From an uncultured Nitrospiraceae bacterium (GTDB lineage Bacteria > Hydrogenedentota > Hydrogenedentia > Hydrogenedentales > SLHB01): a DNA stretch of 54,207 nt. The notes beneath the pieces are model-generated. The model worked only from the letters and a program-made list of their open reading frames with translations. It did not search any database and was not told the DNA's origin. Positions within the stretch are counted from its first letter, which is position 1, and every line of letters begins with the position of its first letter. Shown here piece after piece: positions 18,963-27,168 of the stretch. The translations under genes and the position numbers were made by a program. The stretch is taken from assembly GCA_964520685.1 (NCBI GenBank), contig CAZFOG010000004.1, positions 1 through 54,207 of the forward strand, written 5' to 3'.

Positions 18963-20261
18963 CTATTTGCCGATTCGCTGGAGTTCGGCCACGCCATTCA
19001 CCATTTCCATATTCTTTATCCTGTCGGGGTGCATCCACGCCCCCGGATGCAGCCTGGGGCCCGGGCTGACCAGCAAACGCTCCGGCGTGGCCGGGTTGTA
19101 CTCGAACGCCTTCCCCGTAAAGGGGTCTGCCGGCACGGACTCCATTCGTTCGCCTACTGCTTTGGCGAGGGTCTCCGGGTATTCTCCCCGATCGCGGCGG
19201 TGCAATTCCAGAAGCGTCATCAGCAGAACCTGGCGCTGTACCGCGATGCAGCAGGTTTCGTCGTATTTGCACACCCACAGAGAGAATGAGGGGCTGGCGA
19301 ACGGCTCAGGCTTGCCAAAGACTTCCTCGGGGTCGGGCAGCACGGATGCCTCGAAGCGAGGATAGGGAAGCTCGAGAACCTGCCGCCATGTTTCACCGCG
19401 CCGCACGATGGCGAGAATGGTTCGACGCTGATCGCGCAAAAAGAGATAGCGTCGCAGGTATCCCATCCTGCTGAAGCTGTCCTCGAGTCTGGCCCATTCC
19501 GAGCGCCACTGGGCATCAATCAGCCTTTCATAGGAAAGACGAGGCCCGTCTTCAAGTCGTAGCAGTCCTTCGAGCGCGTAATTCAGGACGGCAGAATCGT
19601 CCGTTTCCGCCAAATACGAGATGAGCTGATCCCAGCATTTCCGCTCTGTCCGCAGAAGCGAGCGCACCTGGTCGGTGTCGCCGTCTCGTTCAAGCATCCG
19701 GCACAGGCGAATGGTGTCGAAGAGCAGTTCGAGGGCAACGTCCCTGTCGCCCTGAATCTCCCAGGCATGGCGATAGGATACTCGGAAGAGGGTGAGGAAG
19801 TACTCTACGCGGAAACGCCGCCTGTCGTCTTCACGTCCGGGCAGCAGGAGGTACGGGGAAGTCAGGGCCTCTCTTGCCTTCTTGACGGCCGGCTGGCGCT
19901 GCTCTATGCAGGCAGCGACCTCGGGTGCATCGTCGGGCGCCCAGATGTCGAGTTCGCGGGCAATGGAATCGGCCTCGGTTTCGTAAAAGGCCCTCTCGCC
20001 GGGTTTTCCGGGCACGGGATACTTCTTCAGGATTGGTTTGGATTCAGGCAACAGCATCATCGCTTCGCGCAGTGCATTGAACGCGTTTTCGGACGAATCA
20101 ATTCGGGCCTGCTGTTCCGGGGTGAGGGGCGGAGGCCTCAATGTTCCGGGATCGCGGGAGCGCGCCCAGAGAACGGCCAGCCCCAGCACGCAAACAATCA
20201 AGAGCAGGACGAGTACCGTGCGCGTTTCGCGCCCTCGTCCGTGCCCCCGTGCCCGCGCCAT
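18963..20261 (-). CDS. Membrane-anchored hypothetical protein (paralog A) with GspG-like C-terminal motif
   Basis: MARARGHGRGRETRTVLVLLLIVCVLGLAVLW gives a basic N-terminus plus one TM helix. Shares ENA(F/Y)..L and (L)LEL(H/Y)R...G.YPE(T/S)L....V......SVP.D......F.Y with the downstream gene. Lies 1 nt after the permease stop. Confidence 0.6.
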   Translation of the reverse strand: MARARGHGRGRETRTVLVLLLIVCVLGLAVLWARSRDPGTLRPPPLTPEQQARIDSSENAFNALREAMMLLPESKPILKKYPVPGKPGERAFYETEADSIARELDIWAPDDAPEVAACIEQRQPAVKKAREALTSPYLLLPGREDDRRRFRVEYFLTLFRVSYRHAWEIQGDRDVALELLFDTIRLCRMLERDGDTDQVRSLLRTERKCWDQLISYLAETDDSAVLNYALEGLLRLEDGPRLSYERLIDAQWRSEWARLEDSFSRMGYLRRYLFLRDQRRTILAIVRRGETWRQVLELPYPRFEASVLPDPEEVFGKPEPFASPSFSLWVCKYDETCCIAVQRQVLLMTLLELHRRDRGEYPETLAKAVGERMESVPADPFTGKAFEYNPATPERLLVSPGPRLHPGAWMHPDRIKNMEMVNGVAELQRIGK

Positions 20262-20262
20262 A

Positions 20263-21129
20263 TCAGCTTTCCATTGCCTTGGCCTGAGAGTACTCGCGCC
20301 AGCGGACGAAGAACACGGTGAGGGCGATGAAGATGGCAGTGATGACGAACAGGGCGATGGTGGACTTGGCGGCGCCGACGAGGAACTGCTTCTTCTGAAA
20401 CTCGGCCAGGGCCGTGCGCATCATTGGGGCTTCACGCGCTTCAGCCAGTGGAGGCAGCAAGGCCACGACGTACTTTTCGATGGTAAAGAAATCGACGATA
20501 CCGGGCACATATACCATGAGCCGCTGCCAGCCGAACAAGAGCACAACACCCGTGATAATCGGCCGTTTGAAGAATGCGCCGAGCCACATGCAAAACGCGC
20601 CGTACCCGAGAAGCCCCATGAGCAGGGCCCCATCGTAGTGCAGCATGAGCTGGAGGTTCGGGGCCGAGAACGAGAAATTGCCCAGGGCCGTGCAGGCAGC
20701 GAAGGTCAGGAAGACTCCTGGCACAATAAGCGCCGTCGCAATCACGATGTACGCCGCAAAACGGCCGATGACCATGGCCGAGCGGGGTACGGGGCGCGTG
20801 AGGAAGTAGGGGATGGTCTGCGCCTCGATGTCCTCCCCGATCAGCATGACGCCGAAAAACAGTGCCAGCAACGGCAGGATGGCCTTGACATAGATATCCT
20901 CGACAAGCATCACAAACAGCTTGTTGCCTTCGTGGCCGAACGCGCCCTCGGTGAAGACCGTTGCGGCGAGGGGCATGATGACCGGCACAAGAGCCATCAC
21001 TCCCGCGAGAATGGTTCGTTTGCGGCGCAACGTGTTCACGAGAGCGTGGTGCGCCGCCGTCATCAGAAGGCGCGAGTAGGGAGGCTCCGCCGCCGGGAAA
21101 GTCAGGGCTGTGTCGCTCGATTCGCTCAT
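20263..21129 (-). CDS. ABC-2-type transporter permease (second of two)
   Basis: ATG at 21129 (MSESSDTALTF) is preceded by GGAGG and lies 7 nt after the ATPase stop. Multi-TM hydrophobic protein (ILAGVMALVPVIMPLAA..., AILPLLALFFGVMLIGEDIEAQTIPYFLTRP..., typical of ABC-2 exporter permeases). Confidence 0.7.
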   Translation of the reverse strand: MSESSDTALTFPAAEPPYSRLLMTAAHHALVNTLRRKRTILAGVMALVPVIMPLAATVFTEGAFGHEGNKLFVMLVEDIYVKAILPLLALFFGVMLIGEDIEAQTIPYFLTRPVPRSAMVIGRFAAYIVIATALIVPGVFLTFAACTALGNFSFSAPNLQLMLHYDGALLMGLLGYGAFCMWLGAFFKRPIITGVVLLFGWQRLMVYVPGIVDFFTIEKYVVALLPPLAEAREAPMMRTALAEFQKKQFLVGAAKSTIALFVITAIFIALTVFFVRWREYSQAKAMES

Positions 21130-21136
21130 AGTCCTC

Positions 21137-22054
21137 CTACCGCACCAGATACTGAAACACCGACTGGAGGTCGGCGTCTGCACATGCAAAACTCGTCACC
21201 TCGACCGCCTTGCCGGTGATCAGGTGGTTCAACTTGTCGAAGAAACCGTTGGGATCCTTTGTTCGCACGGTCACACGGCCATCCTCGAACTCGATGCTCA
21301 AGGTCGAGTCGTCTTCGGCGAAATACGCCGCGAGACTTCTGGGCGATGGACATTCGACCGTTACCGCGAGGGGGTGCTCGTCCATGAGCTCGCGCACGTC
21401 CTGGACTTTTCCGCGCGCGAGAATGCACCCGTTGTGCAGCAGGACCACGTGACTGGTGACCCGCTCGATTTCGTACAGGATATGGCTCGACACGAGCACC
21501 GTCCGGCCTTCCCGGCCAAGTTCACGAATGAGCGCGAACATCTCCTCGCGTCCCTCGGGATCCAAGCCCGCCATAGGTTCGTCAAGGAAGAGCAGCTCCG
21601 GCGAGGGGGCCAGCGCCTGGGCGATCTTGATGCGCTGGCGCATGCCGCGGCTGTAGGTTTCGATAAGGTCATCCATACGCTCGGTCATCCGGACGCGCTC
21701 GCAGGCTTCCTCGGCCCGCTTCACGGCTTCGCCGCCCGTCATGCCATAGAACCGGTTCAGCCAATACACGAACTCGTAACCGGTGGTGTTATCGGGAAAC
21801 CGGTCAAATTCGGGACAATAGCCGAGGCGCCGCAGTACCCGCATGTTGTTGCGGGGCGATTCGCCGAAAACCCGGATGGCGCCGCGGCTCGGACTATACA
21901 ATCCCAGGGCGAGCTTGATGAAAGTGCTCTTGCCCGCGCCGTTGGGGCCGAGAAGTCCGGTCACACCCGGCTCGACGGTCACGGTGAGGTTATTCACGGC
22001 CACGACTTCGCCAAACCATTTCGACAGCTCGCTAACTTCGATGACGGGGCTCAT
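21137..22054 (-). CDS. ABC transporter ATP-binding protein (ABC-2 subfamily), second of two
   Basis: Only the last 305 codons of the 701-aa track ORF are genuine. The ATG at 22054 (MSPVIEVSELSKWFG) forms an ATGA overlap with the upstream permease stop. Walker A GPNGAGKST, signature YSRGMRQR, Walker B LFLDEPMAGLD, H-loop SSHIL. Confidence 0.9.
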   Translation of the reverse strand: MSPVIEVSELSKWFGEVVAVNNLTVTVEPGVTGLLGPNGAGKSTFIKLALGLYSPSRGAIRVFGESPRNNMRVLRRLGYCPEFDRFPDNTTGYEFVYWLNRFYGMTGGEAVKRAEEACERVRMTERMDDLIETYSRGMRQRIKIAQALAPSPELLFLDEPMAGLDPEGREEMFALIRELGREGRTVLVSSHILYEIERVTSHVVLLHNGCILARGKVQDVRELMDEHPLAVTVECPSPRSLAAYFAEDDSTLSIEFEDGRVTVRTKDPNGFFDKLNHLITGKAVEVTSFACADADLQSVFQYLVR

Positions 22055-22926
22055 GACGCGCGCTCCGCCTGCCGGATCCGCGAAGCGATCGCCCAGTAGC
22101 AGGCCACGCAGACGGCGGCAATGATCAGCAGGGACCATCCCCAGTGCAGGGGGAAGCTTTTCCGGGGTTGTGCGAAGAGCGATTCGCCCACGCGATTGAT
22201 GGCCATGGGAATGGACGCGACCGACCAGTTGGGATTGCGCAGGAAACCGGGTAACGCGCTGCCCAGCGCCGAGTTGCCGAAGAGGACCATGAATACCGCG
22301 ATTCCCGCATAGCGCTGGCTCGAGAACAGGGCGGAACTGGCCAGAACGCCCAGAGCGCACGGCAATACAAGACATGCCGAAAAAGCGACGATCGAGAAGG
22401 GGATCCAATACGTTTCGCGCAGGGTGTCCATGCCCGGGGCCAGCAGATTGTGCAGAAGCACCAGGAGCATGTCGGGGACTGCCGTCAACATCATGCCGAC
22501 GAGAACCAGGGTGATGATCTTTCCCGCAATGTAGTCCATGCGGGTCAGGGGCTTCGAGAAGTAGATCTCGATGAGGTTGTCGCGGAAATCGTTGCAGATC
22601 ATGCCCGACCCCGCGAAGAGGGTAATGATGAACACGAGGGGGCTTTGAATGCGCAGGTAGTCGAAAAAAGTGCGCTCGTGTACCTGCATCATGGCCACGT
22701 TCTTGAGCGCCATGAGGGCCGGGCTCTGGTTGGCCATGCTCACCATATCGTAAACGGTGATCTGGAAAATGCGGAAGCTGGTGTGAATGACAGCCATGAT
22801 CAACAGGTAGACAAAGGCGCGCGTGCTGAACAACACGCGAAGTTCCTGCTTGACCATGACCCACCACCGGAGACCCTGGAGTGCCTTTCCGTCGTAGGCC
22901 CGGTATGTTTGTTCGTAAATGGGCAC
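22051..22926 (-). CDS. ABC-2-type transporter permease-like membrane protein (first of two)
   Basis: MPIYEQTYRAYDGKALQGLRWWVMVKQELR... followed by about six hydrophobic segments. Starts immediately after the ATPase stop (22927), with a 0-nt gap. Confidence 0.7.
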   Translation of the reverse strand: MPIYEQTYRAYDGKALQGLRWWVMVKQELRVLFSTRAFVYLLIMAVIHTSFRIFQITVYDMVSMANQSPALMALKNVAMMQVHERTFFDYLRIQSPLVFIITLFAGSGMICNDFRDNLIEIYFSKPLTRMDYIAGKIITLVLVGMMLTAVPDMLLVLLHNLLAPGMDTLRETYWIPFSIVAFSACLVLPCALGVLASSALFSSQRYAGIAVFMVLFGNSALGSALPGFLRNPNWSVASIPMAINRVGESLFAQPRKSFPLHWGWSLLIIAAVCVACYWAIASRIRQAERAS

Positions 22927-23841
22927 CTAGTGTCTCCCGATTGCCTGCATGAACACCTCCTCCAATCGATGCCGCACCGGGACGAAATGGCGCACCTGCG
23001 TATTCTCGGCGCGGGCAATCTCGAACAGGGCGCGTGGATTCATGCTCACAGGTTTCTCCACCAGCAGGTTGCCGTTGGGCAGGGTCTGGAGCGTGCAGCC
23101 CGCGGTTTCCAGCGCCTTGCGGAAGGCGTCGTTGTTCTCGCGCACGCGAATCTCGAACAGGTTTTCGCGGGCGGTCGTGAGAGCGCCGATCGAACCTTCC
23201 CGCACGATCCGGCCTTTGTGAATCACGAGCACATGGTCGCATACGTGCTCGACATCCGGCAGGAGATGCGACGACAAGAGCACCGTCACACCGCGCTTGG
23301 CCACCAATTCCTTGATCAATTCGAGCATCTCGACCCGCCCCTCAGGGTCGAGGCCGTTCGTGGGTTCATCGAGGAGCAGCAATTTGGGGTCATGCACGAG
23401 GGCCTGAGCAAACTTGATTCGCTGGCACATGCCGGTCGAATAGGTCTGCATCTTTCGATACCGGCTTTCCCCCACGCCGACGTAATTGAGCACCTCGTGG
23501 GCGCGTTCCATGGCGTCGGTCCGTTGCATGCCGAAGAGACACCCGCAATAGGTCAGAAAGGATACGGCGCTCACTTTCCGGCCTATGGCGTCCCGCTCGG
23601 GCATGTACCCCAGACGCTGGCGCGCCTCGAGGGCCTGCTCGGGCAGTTTGAAACCGAAAAGGGACGCTTCGCCGGCTTCCGCTCGAATGAACCCGAGCAG
23701 CGTCTTCAGCAGCGTGCTCTTGCCCGCGCCATTCGGACCGAGCAGCCCCACGGCGCCCTTTTCGACGGAGCAAGTCACTCCCTGCAGTGCTTTGGTCGCA
23801 CCATACGAGACTTCCACGTCTTTTAGTTCCACAATTGCCAT
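22927..23841 (-). CDS. ABC transporter ATP-binding protein (ABC-2 subfamily), first of two
   Basis: Walker A GPNGAGKST, signature YSTGMCQR, Walker B LLLDEPTNGLD, H-loop SSHLL. Lies 7 nt after the upstream stop. Confidence 0.9.
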   Translation of the reverse strand: MAIVELKDVEVSYGATKALQGVTCSVEKGAVGLLGPNGAGKSTLLKTLLGFIRAEAGEASLFGFKLPEQALEARQRLGYMPERDAIGRKVSAVSFLTYCGCLFGMQRTDAMERAHEVLNYVGVGESRYRKMQTYSTGMCQRIKFAQALVHDPKLLLLDEPTNGLDPEGRVEMLELIKELVAKRGVTVLLSSHLLPDVEHVCDHVLVIHKGRIVREGSIGALTTARENLFEIRVRENNDAFRKALETAGCTLQTLPNGNLLVEKPVSMNPRALFEIARAENTQVRHFVPVRHRLEEVFMQAIGRH

Positions 23842-23848
23842 AGCGCGC

Positions 23849-26803
23849 TTACGATCCCGGAATGCTGATATTCAGGTCGATTGTTTCGTCGCCGCGGACG
23901 CTGACCGTCTGGCTGGTACGCGGCTGCCCCGTGCCGGACATTGCCTCGCCCATATTCACGTACATGATGTCGAGCTGGAAGGTGCCATCCGGGCAGTTCT
24001 CGATTTGGAAGTATCCGTCGTCGCGAATGGGGGACATTCCAACTACGGACGGTGCCCCGTCCGAGCCGGCTCCGGCAAACCAGTCGGCGGGATTCGTCAG
24101 GTTGAGGCCGGTCATGGCGCTAGAACTGCCCGGTACCCGCAAGACCGCAAAGCCCAGAACCCCGCCCGTGGGCGGTGGAGTGCACAACCCCTGGACCGTT
24201 GCGCCGCCTTCCTCACCGAAATTATGGACGGTCGTTTCCCCTTCGCGGATTTCGACCTGGGCGTGCATCGGGGCGAACAGGTCCGTGCCCTGTCCCTCGA
24301 ACGAGACGGCTGTAGCCATGTACGTACCGGCGGCCAGGCCGTCGATAAAATACTGGCCGTTCTGGTCGGCGGAACTCATTTCACTGACCCCGTTTCCGAT
24401 GACCGTGACCATGGCTCCGGGCAGATAGGCGCCGTTGCGGGTCACGTATCCCTGCAATCGGCCGCCGCCACCCAGCAGCACCACGACTCCCGACACGGTC
24501 CGGCTCTGCAGCACTTGCACGGGGCCGCTGTTGCCCTGGGCGTAGCCCTCGGCCTGGGCAAATATGGTGTAAGTGCCGTCCGCAAGATTGCGGAATTCGA
24601 ACCGGCCATCCGAGCCGACCTGCATGCCGCGCCGTTGCGTCTGGGCAACCATGTCCACCAGGCGCCCGAATTGCGACTCCGACGCGCCGCCTACCCAAAC
24701 GGTGGCGCCGACGGGGATACGGCCGTCCGTAGTCTGCACGGTACCCTGGATAACGCCGCCCGCCTGGCTCACGTAGAGGGTGACCCCGTCCACACGCTGT
24801 CCTTCGGCAAGCGTGATCTCCTGCCGCCCCGGCGTCAATCCCTGCGCGCTGGCCTCGACCGTATAGGCGCCCGCGGAGAGCGACAATTCGAAACTGCCGT
24901 CGGGGTTGTTGAAACTGCGCATGTCGCGCGGATCCCCACTGGTCAGGAGGGCCAGACCGATCCCGCCCTCCTGAGTCGTCGAAGGGACCGCCCGAACGCT
25001 GTACCGCTCCGGCGGCCGCCCCGTTTCGCGCACAAGAACCGTGCCCCGGACCTGTCCCGTCGCCTCCATCATGATGTTGGTGGGCTCGTCCAGGCGCACG
25101 TCGCTGACTTGCTGCGACGCGTATCCTTCTTTCTCGGCGATGATCATCAGAAAGCCCGACTCGACGCCATAGAATCCGTACTCGCCGCGCTGGTCCGACC
25201 GGGTCTCGAGTGAAGTGGCGCTCATGGATTCGGTGCCCAGTCCGGTCAGCGAAAGGTTGACTCCGGGAATGGGCCGGCCCGCCGTGTCCGTGACCATTCC
25301 GTAGATCACGTAGTTTCCGCTGTCCACGGCCGAAAGCACAATGTCAAAACCGCGGATGTCGTTGAAGCCGTCCGCATATAGCGGGTCGCCCATGACCGCG
25401 ATCTTGTAGCCCTCTTTCTGGGCCAGGATCTGGTAATCCCCGGGCGGGAGGTTCGCAATAACATAACTGCCGTCGGGCTCGCTCTTATTGTTCCGGAAGG
25501 CGCGAGCTTCGTCCAGACGCTGAAACAGCTGCGAATAGGACGGAACGCAGATGGCTTCCGCGCGGGGAATCGGGCTCCCGTTCTGGTCAAGGACGCGGCC
25601 GTAGACGGATGTGCCTCGCATGACGTGGATATCGACACGCACTTCGCGTGCCGACTCCGTGATCATAAAGGGCTCGGTCAATTGGGGAGCATAGTCTCGT
25701 GAATTGGCGTAGACACGCCATTCCTGGTTCAGAGGCACGCCCACCAGTTCGTAATAGCCGTCTTCTATCGAACGGTCGTGGAGGGGCGGCGCCTGGTGCA
25801 CCGCGGCGTCGATTGCCTGCGAAATCAGACTCTCGGAGGTGCACAGATACACCTCGGTGTTTTGCACCGGTTTCTTCTCGCTATCCGTGATGTACCCCCA
25901 GACAACGCCCGCAGGAGATAGCGCGAAGTTGATGTCCTGCACCTTCTGATCGGGCTCTTCGATGAATACGTTCTGGACGGGAATCCGGCCCGGCGCCTTA
26001 AATGGCTGACGGGCCAGATCAAGAGAGACCTGGTATGTGCCCGGCAGGAGGCCGGTGATCACGTAGGTGCCGTCCGATACCGTCTCGGTTTCAGCGTTGT
26101 GCGTGCCGCTGTCGCTGTTGGCGTTAATGTGTATGAGGGGGATGCCCTTGTTGTTCCCCGTTTCAACCACCTGGCCCGATATCGACGCGCCTCTCGAAAG
26201 TGCGACGTCGAACCGGACTTGCTTTGCCTCGCCCTCGGGGAACTCGACAATCTCCCGGTGCGTGACAAAACCGCTTCGGGCGACCTGGATCACGTACCGG
26301 CCGGGCCGGGGCGCAGGCAGCGCATACTGGCCCTTGCCGTCCGACTTGGTGGTTCTCCGTAGTCCCTGGGCCGAATCGAGAAATGCCGGTTTCATGAATG
26401 GCGGAGCGGTCACGTCTTTCGGGCCGGTCTCGTTTCCGGCAGGTTCCATCTGCGGAGGCAGCAACATCGAGCGGATGTGTGCGTCTTCGATGGGGCCGCC
26501 GGTGTCTGCTTCGGTCACCACACCGATAATGGCAAACGGGTCTTCTGCCGTCACGTCATTGCCGGGTCTTCGGGACGAACCGGCCGGACCCGACGAGCCC
26601 GGCCTTCGTATATCGTCCCGCCAGGGGTGGTTGATAAGGTGGCTGGGACGGTTGCTGACCGAGATGGTCGACGGCTTTGGCGGCGGTTCCTTCCGCGAGG
26701 TGAAAAGCAGGGCAAGCACGATCGCCACCCCTACGGCAACCCAAATGCCCACGATCTTCTGAAACGGGCTAAAACGTTCTGGTGCGTTATGACTTCGAGT
26801 CAC
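23849..26803 (-). CDS. Large membrane-anchored protein with tandem carboxypeptidase-regulatory-like (CarboxypepD_reg / Cna-B-like) beta-sandwich repeats
   Basis: GTG start at 26803 (start uncertain). N-terminal TM helix IVGIWVAVGVAIVLALLF. The rest holds many repeats of roughly 90-100 aa, with motifs such as GQVVETGNNKGIPLIHINA, GRVLDQNGSPIPRAEA, GMVTDTAGRPIPGVNLSL, GTVQTTDGRIPVGATVWV and GYVTRNGAYLPGAMVTVIG. Each repeat is followed by a D/S-GxY...L.(P/A)G.Y segment. Confidence 0.7.
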   Translation of the reverse strand: MTRSHNAPERFSPFQKIVGIWVAVGVAIVLALLFTSRKEPPPKPSTISVSNRPSHLINHPWRDDIRRPGSSGPAGSSRRPGNDVTAEDPFAIIGVVTEADTGGPIEDAHIRSMLLPPQMEPAGNETGPKDVTAPPFMKPAFLDSAQGLRRTTKSDGKGQYALPAPRPGRYVIQVARSGFVTHREIVEFPEGEAKQVRFDVALSRGASISGQVVETGNNKGIPLIHINANSDSGTHNAETETVSDGTYVITGLLPGTYQVSLDLARQPFKAPGRIPVQNVFIEEPDQKVQDINFALSPAGVVWGYITDSEKKPVQNTEVYLCTSESLISQAIDAAVHQAPPLHDRSIEDGYYELVGVPLNQEWRVYANSRDYAPQLTEPFMITESAREVRVDIHVMRGTSVYGRVLDQNGSPIPRAEAICVPSYSQLFQRLDEARAFRNNKSEPDGSYVIANLPPGDYQILAQKEGYKIAVMGDPLYADGFNDIRGFDIVLSAVDSGNYVIYGMVTDTAGRPIPGVNLSLTGLGTESMSATSLETRSDQRGEYGFYGVESGFLMIIAEKEGYASQQVSDVRLDEPTNIMMEATGQVRGTVLVRETGRPPERYSVRAVPSTTQEGGIGLALLTSGDPRDMRSFNNPDGSFELSLSAGAYTVEASAQGLTPGRQEITLAEGQRVDGVTLYVSQAGGVIQGTVQTTDGRIPVGATVWVGGASESQFGRLVDMVAQTQRRGMQVGSDGRFEFRNLADGTYTIFAQAEGYAQGNSGPVQVLQSRTVSGVVVLLGGGGRLQGYVTRNGAYLPGAMVTVIGNGVSEMSSADQNGQYFIDGLAAGTYMATAVSFEGQGTDLFAPMHAQVEIREGETTVHNFGEEGGATVQGLCTPPPTGGVLGFAVLRVPGSSSAMTGLNLTNPADWFAGAGSDGAPSVVGMSPIRDDGYFQIENCPDGTFQLDIMYVNMGEAMSGTGQPRTSQTVSVRGDETIDLNISIPGS

Positions 26804-27168
26804 GGTTTCCTGCGATCAAACGTCACGGCTCTCCAGAGTGTAGCTCTCGAAAGCCCATCAAATTAACAGCTTAGACACTATATACTGCGCAGTCGTTTCA
26901 CGGGCGCCTGCAAGCTCCTTATGATACCGGTGACAGCGGGGCATACACAACTGGCACTCACGAGACCCGCCACGTTGCCTTCCTGTGGCCCTCTGACTCG
27001 CGGTTGTATGTAACTATGGCCATCTTCTGCCCTTATGATCACCCGCAGCGGGGATACCTCGCGCAATCCGGGCGCGCGGAGTGCACTATCTCGGCTCTTG
27101 TTTGGCGCGGCACGATGCACTACGATGCTGGTATGCACCGGGACGAACAGGAGTGAAGGAGTACGACC

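Noticed and set aside
22055-23242. N-terminal ~396 codons of the 701-aa track ORF 21137..23242
   Set aside because: This part is Arg/Pro/Gly-rich nonsense that overlaps the permease (22051..22926) and part of the first ATPase in another frame. The genuine ABC ATPase starts at the ATG at 22054 with an ATGA overlap.
26952-26975. TGGCAC in the divergent intergenic region upstream of the big operon, as a possible sigma54 -24 element
   Set aside because: No TTGC(A/T) -12 element at the required 5-nt spacing (the next bases are tcacgagac). It is also on the plus strand, pointing away from the minus-strand operon.
26940-27010. Imperfect inverted repeat CATACACAAC ... GTTGTATG in the 365-nt divergent intergenic region
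   Set aside because: The arms are short and mismatched, and no supporting secondary structure between them was visible by eye. It could be an operator but cannot be supported without comparative data.
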